DNA of 62,000 nucleotides from assembly GCA_013265495.1 (NCBI GenBank), contig MU061538.1, positions 372,001-434,000 on the forward strand. Direction: 5' to 3'. Position 1 is the stretch's first letter, and the number at the start of each line of letters is the position of its first letter. A program made the translations under genes and the position numbers. This DNA is from Vicugna vicugna (taxonomy: Eukaryota). Of this stretch, positions 12,706-23,870 are shown piece by piece. A model generated the notes under the pieces. It was not told the DNA's origin, made no database searches, and saw only the letters and a program-made list of their open reading frames with translations.

Positions 12706-14665
12706 GTGGAGATCCTGCTGGGGCCTCTGCTCTTCCTGGACTTGGATGTCTGTTTCCTCCTCGAGTTTGGGGTTTGAGAAGCTTTCAGCTATTGTGGCTT
12801 AAAACGTGCCCCCACCCATCTCTCCCTCTCCTTCGGGGGAACGTCACTGCTCTTGATGCCGTCCAAGAGGTCTCGTAAACGGTCTTTTCTTTTCACTTTT
12901 TCCTTTTCCCGTTTAGCACCAGTGATGCCACTTCCCTGTCTTCAGCGCCCTGATCCGCTTCTCTGTGTCGTTCGCTCTGCTGTGGCTTCCGTCTCGTGTA
13001 CGTTTCATCTCAGTTACTGTAGTCTTCACCTCTGTTAAATTGTTCCCTATGTTTCCTAATTCCTGGTTAAGAAATTCTGGCTCTTGCTCTGTGCGCCCGC
13101 TCTCCTCCCGAGCTCTCCCGTCCCTGTGGTCTCTGCCGTGCGCCTTCTCCCAGATACGTGGGCTGTCTGCATGTCACTTGCTTCCTCCTGGGGTTTTATC
13201 TTGTTCCTCTGTCACCTCGCTTGGCCTAGCTTACTGTCCTCATTCCTGTGTATCTGTGGGTGGGTTACGCCTCCTGACCTCGGAGCAGCGGCCTCTGCAG
13301 GAGACGCCCTGTATGTCCTGCGGCGCACTCCCCTGTTGTTACCCCTGTGTGGCCTGTGCAGGGCCTTGTGTGTGGCAGACTGACTGCTGTGGGTGGCCTG
13401 GTGGACTTGGCTGGTCCCGTTCTGCTTGGTCCCTGGTCGAGTTGGCTGCCAGGCCCTGCCCTGTGTGGATGCTGCTGGCCACTGGTTGGCAGGGCTGGGT
13501 CACAAGGCCACTGTGGAACCCTGGGGGGGCCCATGGCTAGTGCTGGCTCCCTGGAGGGTGGAGTTCAGGTCCAGGAGACCCCAGGGCCCTGGAGCCGGTG
13601 TCAGACCACTGGTGGGTGGGGCCGGTTCCTGACCCAGCCGGCTGTGGGGCTCCTGGTGTCTCGAAGCGTGTGCTAGCCTGTTGGTGGGGGGCTGTGGTGG
13701 TTCTGTGGTGGGTGTCAGCTTGCCGGTCGGCGAGGACAGTCCCAGATCTTGAGCAGGCTTGCTGGGCAGCAGAGTCCAGGAGGCGGGGGCTGGTGCCTGC
13801 CTGCTGGTGGGTGCAGCGGGTCCTGGGGTCTCCGGCTGCAGGGCCCTGGGGGTCCCAGTTCTCGTGCCTGAGCGCCTGTGCCCTGGCGTGTGGGGCCAGG
13901 TCCTCAGCCCTTCGCTGGGCAGGGCTGTGTCCAGGGGCAGCTGTGGGCTCGGGGTGAGTGTTGAGGCAGCCTGTCTGCTGCTGGGCAGGGCTGTGTCTCT
14001 GCCCGCCCGCCTGCCTGGCCTGAGGCGTTCCCGGACTGGTGCTGATGTGCTGACCGGTGGGGCAGGTCCTGCTGCTAGCAGGCCAGAGGGGGGACTCCGC
14101 AGTGGGGCCGCCAGTGCCAGTGTCCAGTGGTGGAGTGAGCTCCCAGAAATGGCTGCAGCCAGTGTCTCTGTCACCAAGGGTCCCACTCACGTCCCTCCTC
14201 CTCCCAGAGGCTCTCCGAGATCGGCAGAAGGGACCCAGGCTCCGTTCAGATGACTGCTTCTGCCCCGGGTCCTGGAGCATGAGAGCTGCGTGCCCTTGAA
14301 GAGCGGGTCGCTGTCTCCGCAGCCCTCTGGGTCTCCTGGTTGCGGGCCCTGCTGCTCTTCAAAGCCAGATGCTCTGGGGGCCATCTTCCCAGCACGGGAC
14401 CCCGGGCGGGGGGCCCAGACCCCTCATCTGCGGGGAGGGCCTCTGCAGCTGTCATGTCCTCCCGTGGGTGGGGGGCCCGCCTGGGGCTTGACTGTGCCGT
14501 GGCTCCGCCCCTTCCGCCGTCTCACTGTGGTTCCTTCTTCACGTCTTTGGTGTGAACGGTCTCTTCTGGAGGGCTTTGGCCTTTTCCGTCCCTCGGTGTT
14601 CTGAGGTCGTGATTCCTCTGTGCCTGTGAGTGGAGGGGAGCTCGGGGTCCTTCCACTCTGCCATC
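12706..14665 (-). mobile_element. Cetartiodactyl-type L1 5'UTR plus degenerate ORF1, antisense
   Basis: ORF1-type antisense text CTTCCTGGACTTGGATGTCTGTTTCC...TTTCAGCTATT and TTTCATCTCAGTTACTGTAGTCTTCACCTCT. The GC-rich 5'UTR has GGCCTGAGGCGTTCCC, CTTCAAAGCCAGATGCTCTGGGGG and CCGTCTCACTGTGGTTCCTTCTT, and ends at GAGCTCGGGGTCCTTCCACTCTGCCATC (L1 5' start, ...GATGGCAGAG on the minus strand). Confidence 0.8.
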
Positions 14666-16574
14666 GGGGCCTACCTCTCTCTCCTTTTTTGTATTCTTAA
14701 AGAGAACCCGACTGAGCCTTCGAGCAGAGACAGTTTCCGCCGAACGTGGTGGTGTTTATCGCCACCATGTGGGGCAAAGCCCCCACACAGGTTTCCCACG
14801 AAGGGGCAGATGTCTTCTGAAGTGAAGTCCAGGTCCAAGGCCTGTTGTGCGTTGTGGACTTTAAAGCCTTCGAGCCTCACAACTTACACGATCAGCGCCG
14901 TGTGTCATCTCCCAGAAGCTCCAGCTCCACATGGATCTGATCTCACCCACGCAGCTCTGTCGGGGGTGCCTGCACCCCCACCCCCGGTGCTAGTCTGAGC
15001 ACGTGCAGGAGCGACACCTTGCAGGGGAGCCGTTCTGTCTGGATGGTGACGTGGCCCCCGGGGGTGCTTCTTGGGCCTCAGTCCCGGTGGAGGGGTGGGG
15101 ACATGCACTTTCCCCCAGTCACCCCCCACCGTTGAGTGACCAGTGGCGCCAGCACTCCGGGCCGAACCCCACCGCAGGCATGGATGTGGAGGGGAGACTG
15201 ATGCTCGTCCTCGAGCAGAGACTGAAGCCCACGTGACCCTGTGCCGACAGTGATGCCACCGCAGTGAGGAGAAGGGAAGAAAGAAAAGGAGGCTCTAACC
15301 GGTGGCCTGGAGGCGTGCACGCACCACATCTGTCCCCACATCGCGTGTCAGGCTGATGGGTTTCCAGCGTGTCAGCTGGAAAAGACTGTGGGGCCACACG
15401 CGGGGCAGCCCTGGTGTGGGCAGGCCCTGCGGCCTCTGCGTGAGGTCACAGCCTGCCCCCCACACCGACATTCTAGCTGGAGGCGCCGTGGGGCCATGTC
15501 CCTCACGCCCTCCCTCCCCACCCATCTCCATGCCCTGCTTTCTTCTCAGGTTAATGACGAGTCACTGACGAATAGACTTGTAACACACTGAACACATCCT
15601 ACGGGATGACTCGACAGACGTACACTTGTGAAGGTGTCCCCAGGTCAGGTGAATTTGCACACCTGTCACTGCGTGTACTTACCTTTTTCTCCCTATTTTG
15701 GTGAGAATATTTGAGATCTCCCCTCAGCCTGTTTCAAGGAAATGATGAGGTGTTATTAACTGGACCCCACGCTGTGCAGCACGTCCTTGGCTCCTCGCTC
15801 CTGGGAGGGGGTTCTGGGGACGCCCGGGGACCTGATGTCTGGATGAGGGGCAGGGTCACTGCCTTCACCCAGCCCTTTCCTGGCTGCTGGCTTGTTCCTC
15901 GATCACTGTCCGTGCATTTTAACATTGCCTTAGGCAGAACTGGGGCTGCTGACTCTCAGAGACAAGAAAAGGGATATAAATTCTTCTGGGGCACTTTACA
16001 GCCAGACCTAACGCCGAGCAATGCTGCCCAGCCCGGGAGTCATCAGTGAAAGCGCTCTGGGCAGCACCCCTCTTCTGTGCAGGGTCCTCACCCGCCCAGA
16101 GGCCCGCCCTGTCCCCAGCCTGGCCGTCAGGTTGTCCTTCCCTGGCTCGGCTCGAGGACACCTCTCTGCGCGATGTCCCCCCTTGGGAAAGCTGATGGTG
16201 GATAATCACCAGACCTTTCTCCTCTGGTAAGTTTGAGCCACACTTGTCAGGAGGTGCCGGTGGTCATCTGCAAGTGGGCCTTTCTGTGACCTTCAGGCAA
16301 AGAAACGCATTTCACGAAGCAGCATCCTGCCCTTCGCCATCGTGTTTGTTAACATCACTAACCTGACTTAAGTGAAGAGCATTCTGTGTGTTGCTCCCCA
16401 CCTGCACGCTCTTCCCTTTGTGGTTGGGAGGTTGTGCCAGTGCGCCGTTTTCCTCTCCGGCAAAGACGCAGGGGCTGTGTTAACGCGGGCTCCGCAGGCA
16501 CGACAGCGAGGCTCTGTAGGCGGTGAGGCGCACTCACGTCTGCACGATCAGTCTCACCTTGTGGCTGTGTCTCC

Positions 16575-16735
16575 GAAAATGCAATTAACAGTTTCACATT
16601 CGGCTTAGCCGGCTTTTATTTCTGCTGCACGCTGTGCAACATTTGCATCATAAAAAAAACTAATTGGTAAACACAGTCTTGCCAGCTTTTCTGCCATCCA
16701 CCCAGTTCTCTTCGCGTTAATTGGCTTGGCTTCAG
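16575..16735. promoter_or_regulatory. Candidate developmental enhancer (motif cluster)
   Basis: CAATTAA (16582), TTTTAT (16615), octamer ATTTGCAT (16641-16648), CATAAA (16649), CTAATTGG (16660), FOX GTAAACA (16667-16673) and TTAATTGG (16717) in an AT-rich, non-repeat island. Confidence 0.4.
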
Positions 16736-18420
16736 CACACACTGGGTGGAATTTCAAAGGATACTGCAGATTAGAGAGCTCGCGAGCACTTGGGCTTCGC
16801 AGGACCGACTCCAAGGAGACCGGGGAAAACATCTTACATTAATGCCGAGTGCAGGCAACGGGCTTGCCCAGCTGTTGCCGGGGAAACCCCTTGGTCTGCT
16901 AATCTGATATGGGTGCTCACTGGAACTCGTCCCTGATGACCTTCGGAGAGGAAGTCAGCCTGGAGGGCCCCCTGCCCCTCGGCGGCCGAGTGCGGACACA
17001 TCGTGTCCCTTGTGTGTCCTCGCTCCAGCCCAGCTCAGCCTGAGCGCAGGACCCAGCCCTGCGTGTGCGAGACCCCAGGCGTCAGTGCTGGCGGCCGAAG
17101 CACACACGCTCCACCCAGAAACGCGTGTGGGCCGTAGAGAGGGCCTGATCTGTCCGGAAACGAAGTCCCACCGCCCCCTCTCCCCTTCCCTCCTTATGAA
17201 CCTTCCAGAGCAGTCAGATGGCGCCGCAGAAAGCAGCTTGGTTTTTCTTTCTCTCAGAGAAATTCTGCTCGTTGGCCTGAGTGGACAGGCCGCGGAAGCA
17301 CTTCTCATTCCTTGAGTGAGGACGCCGACTGGGCGAGCCGCGTGCTGTGAGTTTTCTGTGGAGGCTCCCAGAGCCAGAAAAGGCTGGGGCGACACCGTCC
17401 ATCCAGAGTCGTCCCCGGGAGGAGACGCGAGCTTGCCCAGAGACCTGAGATCTCGTTGGCCTCGAAGTCAGGCTCCTGTTTCCTCTCCTTCCATCCACCT
17501 TCCCCGCCTAGATCCTAGACGCTGTGTGTCTCTGTCTTAATTACCAGGTGCTGAGGAATATGTGTCTTCCCCTCAGTGTAACCTGAGGACTGTCAGACAG
17601 CCGCGACGGGGACACGTGTTCGTTTTGAGTTCTTATGAATAGCTGTTTGCTTAATTGCAGAAAAAGAGGAAAGACCTCATCTGTTCAGCTTCCTTTGGAA
17701 GTGGATTGAAAGTGGGTTGTAAATACGTAGGTGGGGAAGGAGGCAGGTAAGGGGAGAAGGAAGTGTGAGGCGGGGTCACTGCCATGACTCAGAACTGGGG
17801 CAGAATCCACGCTGAGCAGACGGGGTCCCCAGCAGCCCTGCCTCTGGTGCTGGAGGCCCACCCCTGGTCCCCTAGAGACGCGCTTCACGCTGCAGCTGTG
17901 TCCAAGCTCTCATTTGTCACAGGCTCTCCGAGGACCTCGAGGACTTACTCTGTCAACAGACTGGGGATTCACTCATTGTAGGATTTTAGGTTACAGACAA
18001 AATGAACAAATGAGAACAAGTGGAGAAAAAGTAGCGGGAGATATTATGGCTTAGAGAAGCTCGAAGGTGGACACCAAGTCACCGGGCTTGCTCTGGAGCA
18101 CGGAGTGAGGCACGGGCTGGCGCTCGGCCGCACCTGGGAAGGCAGGTCAGCGACGTGCGCCAGCTTCCTGGGCATCTGGAACCGGAATTTTCCCCTCGGC
18201 TCTGCCCAGGCCTCCTGTTTCAGCCAGCTGCCTTTCTCTGTGGGATTTGCAAAATGAAAGGAATGTAAAGAATAAACAAATGAGGTAGGAGAAGGGAAGA
18301 AAGACTGGAAAAGTTTGTATTATGTTTAAAATTAGGAAACATAAGTAAGCTTTTGAATGTGAAAAAAGAGTTTGCATGAAAAACAATAGCCTCAAATCTT
18401 TTTTTCAAAACTGAGGGAAA

Positions 18421-18687
18421 GATAGATGGATAGATGTAGATAATGGGTGGATGAATGGATGGATGGTTGGTTGATGGTGGATGAAGGGCCAGTGGATGGA
18501 CAATGAGTGAGTGGATGGATGATGGATGGATGGATGATAGATAAATGGGTGGATGGATGGTGGGTGATGGATGGACGGAGGGAAGGCTAGATAGATGGAT
18601 GGATGGATAATGGATGGATGACGAATGGTGGATGGATGGATGGGTGGATGGATGGATGATGAATGGACAAACGGATGGTGGTGGGTG
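18421..18687. repeat. Imperfect (TGGA)n tetranucleotide microsatellite
   Basis: GATAGATGGATAGATG...TGGATGGATGGATGATGGATGGATGGATG... Confidence 0.95.
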
Positions 18688-19759
18688 AAAGGAAAATGTC
18701 CAGCAGTGGCTAAAACTCCTCGATCCCTGTCTAGTGGAATAGTGGTATCTTAGAAACTTGCCTAGTTTGCTTGGGAGCTGACTGGCTGAGAAGAGAAGGC
18801 ACTGGGCTAGGATTCTGAAGCGGGAATTCAGGGAGGAAGCAAGAGAGGAGAAAGAAGGGCTCACAAGCCCAAGTCCCTCGTGAGCCCTGAGCTGCCAACT
18901 TCCAAATTTTCTGCCCGAGAGACAAAGCGCCTGTGTTGTCTCTCGCGTCTTTCCTGATACTCGTGCCAAGGTCCCTGCTGGTGGGGCCTGTGCCGCGCGT
19001 GTCTTTAGGTTTGTGCGGGTCTGGATGGAACCCCACTCATCCTACCCCATGTTAATTACTTAAAAAAATCTTCCTTCTACAGGTTGTAAATTTTGGTAAT
19101 TCTTCCATGTGGATTTGTCATCCCTTACTTTAAAATTTTCCACTATGGTTTACTGAACACCGTATTTTTTTGGAAACACTGCTGAGTAAATGCCGAGGCT
19201 TGCCCACGTCTGCCTCGCCATGACTCGTGGCTGGAAGGCCGCTTTCCCTGCTCTAAGCATCACATGCCCGGGAGTGCCTTCCGTTTAACCACTCACCCAG
19301 CAGGTGTTTTTAAACATGAGTCTGTAAAAAGTGTATGTCAAACATTATGAAAAATACACAGACCAATGGGCTGTGGGCCCTGCCCTCTGTGCACTTATAA
19401 GTATTAAGGAGCGTTCTAGAAAGAGAACGGTTATCTAGTGATTACGCAGTCAATAACCGTATACAACACAGAAGCTGAGTGACTTTCATAATGATCTTGA
19501 ATTCGTCCCCACTCGGTAATAGGCTTCTATTCTGTCCAGGTTGAGGCTGAAGTCCTTGGAAAGCTATGAAATGGCTCCTTTTGATCTCTTGTTGTTCTAG
19601 TTTTCTGACAAGAAAGAAGAAGAAAAGAAGGAAGGAATAATGAAAGGAAAAAAAAAAGACTCCTGTGTTATGACTGTACTGAGAGCTGAAAAAGGCACCT
19701 CACTATAAAATGATCACGGGTGGCCGACTGAACCAGCTGGACTTAAAAACAATATGATC

Positions 19760-20105
19760 CTTTCACTTGGTGTTATGTCCTCCAAGCCCATCGACGCTGT
19801 CACAAGGGCCGGGTCTGCTCCCTTTGCAGGCTGAGTGGTGCTCCGCCATGTGTGCACCTCATTTCTTTCTGCGTTGTCCTGCACGCATGGACTGCGGTGG
19901 CTTCCTGTCTCCGTTGTTGTGGGTGGTGCAGAAGTCAGTGTGGGCGCAGACTCTCCTTGAGATGCGACTTCGTTTGCTTGGGAGAGGACCCCCACCCAGG
20001 TCTGGTCTCAGTCGTCTGAGGACCCTGCACGCCGTCCTCCATAGGCCGCACCGGCTCCCACCCCCAGGGGTGCCCAGGGCTCCCTTTTCTCCACATCATC
20101 ATCAC
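19760..20105 (-). mobile_element. L1M 3'-region fragment, antisense, GC-shifted
   Basis: TTCACTTGGTGTTATGTCCTCCAAGCCCATCGACGCTGTCACAA...GGCTGAGTGGTGCTCC...TGAGGACCCTGCACGCCGTCCTCCATAGG...CCCTTTTCTCCACATC. Confidence 0.75.
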
Positions 20106-23100
20106 AATGAAACTTAAAAAAATGGGATTATTCTTGCTTTCCTTTTAAAAGTAAGCTTGGTCTGGCACATGGTTTCTCTTGTCCTCTCGCTGGTTCAGTG
20201 GAACCTCTGTGTGGGATGCTGGGTGAGGGCAGCGGTCTGCTCACACCCTGGTCCCGGGCCTCCCAGGCTTACAGTCAGGGGTCTGCAAACTCAGGTCCAC
20301 AAACAGCAGGGTGGACACAGGTCAAGGGTGTTTCCCGCCTTCATCACTGTTGTTTCGTCATCTTTACTTTCATTTCTCTCTCCCCACATCTTCCTGTGAA
20401 CCCCCGTGTGACAAGGGGTCTAATCTGTGCGGCCTTCCGCTCCCGGGGGTGGCCATCCCAGCCACACTGAGGGTCAGACTGTTCGGGGCTCCTGTAAACG
20501 TGTGCTCCCTCTTCTGGAGGGTGGACGCTCCAGCTGGAATGGAGCCAGCCTGCGGCTGAGGGTGCTGGCACTTTGGAAAACCACTCCCATGAAGGACCCA
20601 GAGCCAAAGATGACAGAGAGTCTTCCGCCAGCTCTCAGCAGTAGCCGGGCGGCAAAGAGCATGGCGCTGTCCTTTGGGCGCCGTGCCCAGTGAAACCCGC
20701 GGGCACCTTTTGTTTTCGTCCGCAGCCACGTGAGGACAGGTCTCATGACGGTGAAGACGGTCCGCGTGAACTCCTTCGGTTGTTTTCAAGCCCACCCGAC
20801 AGTCACCGTCCGTGATCCCATCTGGGCGCACAAGGTGGTGAACTTCTCACGCCCTCTGTGTACAGAGCGGGTTTTATTCAGGGAGGAAAGGTGCTGTCAC
20901 AGTCGCTCCCTCCTTCCCAGCCCAGTGGGGCCCTTTGGAACCACAGGCCTTCCCGCGGCACCAGGAGCGCCAGGCTGATGTTTGAAATGAGGGCTCCGAG
21001 CTGTCGAGAATGAATTGGTGGTTTTCATTCTCCTGAGCTCAGGGCGTAGAGAAATAAGAAATGCTTAAAAAAAAACAAGCTTCCCTGAAAGTATGAAAAC
21101 CCCGGCTGGCTGCTTATGTACCCTGTCCAAGTCGCCCTGGAAACACCTCCGCTCGGAAGCACCTTCGCCTGCTGGGTGGCGCATGCGGCCGGTGCTTCTG
21201 CGTCATCTCCAAAGCCTGAATCTTCAGTGGTTTCGTGTTTGCCAGGCTCTGCCACTGCCTGTACCTGCGCGTGTGGGTCCCTGACGTGGGACTGGGTCCA
21301 GCCTGTGTAGCTGCCTGGGAACGCCTGACGCTGTTAACTCAGCGTTAGGAGCAGATCGTCTGTGCATCTGTGCATAGGGGCTTTGCACCCCAGGATCCTC
21401 TGCTCTGGGGCAGGAGACAGATGTCCCCACCAGCCCGGTGGAGACGTGGCCCCGAGGACCACAGGGGGTGCACCTGCCCGTCCCTCCCAGGGCACTGGGC
21501 AGGGGCAGCATTGTGGACGCACAACGTGTGGGGGACTGGGAGGACAGAGGGGGTTGGTGAGGCCGCCCAGGTTGGGGACGGAGGAGGGTGACTTCTCAGC
21601 AGGACGAGCTGGTGCAGAAGGCAGATCAGAAATGGGCATGAGGTCCCAGAACCCAGGGATCAGTAAGTGCAGAACATGGAACGGTGAGGAGGTGGCACGT
21701 GTGTGCTGGGTTGGAACCCCACACCCACTGTCACCTCAGGGGGCATCTCCGTGTGAGGCTTGGTGACAGACCCCCCCCACCCCGCTCTTTTGAGCCCAGA
21801 AGGGGGATGCTGGGGCTCCTGGGGGAAGGTGGTGCGGGGAGGCCGCGGTGCTGAACAAATTGGCTTTTGGGTCAGAAGCTGCATGTGTCCTGATGCTCAG
21901 CACGATGTCAGGGTTTCGCGTAAGTGGGGAAGTTTCACTCGTCTGAGATTTTTGGCCGAGAACTCCCAGTTGTCAGTAAGAATCACGAGTCCATCGCTGG
22001 AACATTTTTAACCTGTGTTTTTATGACGTTCTTGCTTCGGACCAGATAGTCACCGTTTCCCTCATGTGTGGGTTTCGCTCTGTAACACGGAATTGACTTC
22101 GTGTTTACAACAAAGTGGTGGCTTTCCCATGGACAGGAGCCAGCGCCTGCGTAGAGGGAGACTCTAGGCAGTTCCTCGCTGGCACAGGACTCAGCTTGGC
22201 GGTGCAGCTACCAGCAGGAGTTCGTGGGTGTGGCTGTGTCTCAGGGTGGCTGGGCTGGGTCGGGAGGCTGCAGCCTGGGTGGTGGGTGTTTTCAATTCCA
22301 GCCTGGAGAGGGCGACCACAGGATGACGGGACGCCGCGCTGGGCCCGAGCGCCCTTGGTAGGCCTGTCTCCTCCCGAGAGCGGGCCCGCGGCCGGCGCGG
22401 GGGCCCTGGGGCGGAGCTGGAGGTCCTGCAGGGAGGCCCGCCTGGACTGAGCTCCGGGATCTCAGAGCCCCGAGAGGACAGGGCCTCAGCCTGTGACTGC
22501 AGAGGAAGGTCAAGGTCAGCGCTGGGGTGAGACTGACTGAATAGCAGATGTGTTCTTATCACATTCACTACACACATTCTTAACAGTAACCATATGTGCG
22601 ATGACCAGTCCCTGAGAATGACATGCACGTACCGGGGAGGACACAGAAGAAGTTTTGTGCAGGCCTTATCCAGGGTCCAGACACTGGCTGTGTGCCCGCC
22701 ATGCACCTGGATTTGGGCACGGGTGGAGGCGAAAGAGGTGGAGACGCCTGCTCCACAGGGAGGAGGTGCAGCTAGGGTGCAGTTTGCGAAAGAGGTAGAA
22801 ATCAGTGGAGGACAAAAACCCTACACCGTCTTTGACGGCTGGGCAGCCCCTCCGGATGTTCTGAAGGTGTCGCAGTGGACGTGGACCGCTTTCGCCCACA
22901 GCCCGGGCTTGGCGGGGGCGGGGCTGGACGGGCACAGGCCTGGGTGGCCAGCGTCCCACAGGACCCCGCCCTCCTCCTCTTAAGGATGAAACTCGGAAGG
23001 AGTCGCGGTCCTGGTCTCCCCGCCGTGCTGATGGCAGTTTAGGTTGGTGGCATCGTTGACTCACTCATCCATTTGTTCCTCAGCAAGCACACTGCGTGTG

Positions 23101-23528
23101 TGACAGTTACTCACAACCTCACACGTCATTCACTTTTATATTTTTCTTTCTGGTGTCTTTCCCATCCACCCCTCTTTCTCACAAATTCCCGACTGTTTGT
23201 TTTAATCCCTCTGTGGGATGCACACAGCCGCTCTGATCAGGAGCCCCACACTGAGCTGCTCTGAGTTTGTATCCGCTTATGTTGAGAGCCCCTCGCCCCC
23301 GCGGGGCCGGGTCTCTGACTCTCCCCTCTGCCAGGCTGTCCTCTCCAGACCTCTGCCCTTGGCATGGCTGCCAGTGGCCGGTGGGCTTCTGAGGTGGGAG
23401 AGAAGCAAAGGGAACACAGTAACAGGGAACCGAAAAGTAAAGGGAACCGAAAGGCGCTGCCTGTCCTGCCCTCCGCCCGCCCTCCCACACCCGGGGCGGC
23501 GCCGGTTCCTGACTGTCTGATGTCCTTC

Positions 23529-23870
23529 TGTCAGGGTGGAATGTGTGTCCAAGTCCTCCGCCCAGCATCCCAGGATGCGCCTTTAAAGAGATGATTAAGT
23601 TGAAATGAGGCCATGTGGGGGCCGTGAGCCCCTCTGATGCCTCCCTAAGGAGAGGAGGCACGGACACATAGACACCACGGCTGCACACAGAGGGACGGCC
23701 ACGTGGGGAGGACACGGGCAGGACGGTGCCCGCGTGCCGAGGGGACCAGCCTGCTCATACCTGGATGGCCGCTTCCAGGCTCCTCCGGGGGGTGACACCG
23801 AGATGTCTGCCCCGTCCAGGGCGCCCCAGATCCGACCCGTGTGTCGCTGACAGGGCTGTGATTTCACCCG
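23529..23870 (+). mobile_element. MaLR LTR (MLT1B-like), solo
   Basis: TGTCAGGGTGGAATGTGTGTCC...GCCTTTAAAGAGATGATTAAGTTGAAATGAGGCCAT...GGACACATAGACACCACGGCTGCACACAGAGGGACGGCCACGTG...GAGGACAC...TTCCAGGCTCC. The 3' boundary is approximate. Confidence 0.8.

Noticed and set aside
13084..14604. Overlapping 100-250 aa ORFs on both strands
   Set aside because: They lie in a GC-rich L1 5'UTR/ORF1 relic and are stop-poor because of base composition.
18220..18969. 249-aa minus-strand ORF rich in IHPS
   Set aside because: Its core is the translation of the (TGGA)n microsatellite.
19427..19460. 8-bp inverted repeat ACGGTTAT...ATAACCGT
   Set aside because: It is short enough to occur by chance in 62 kb.
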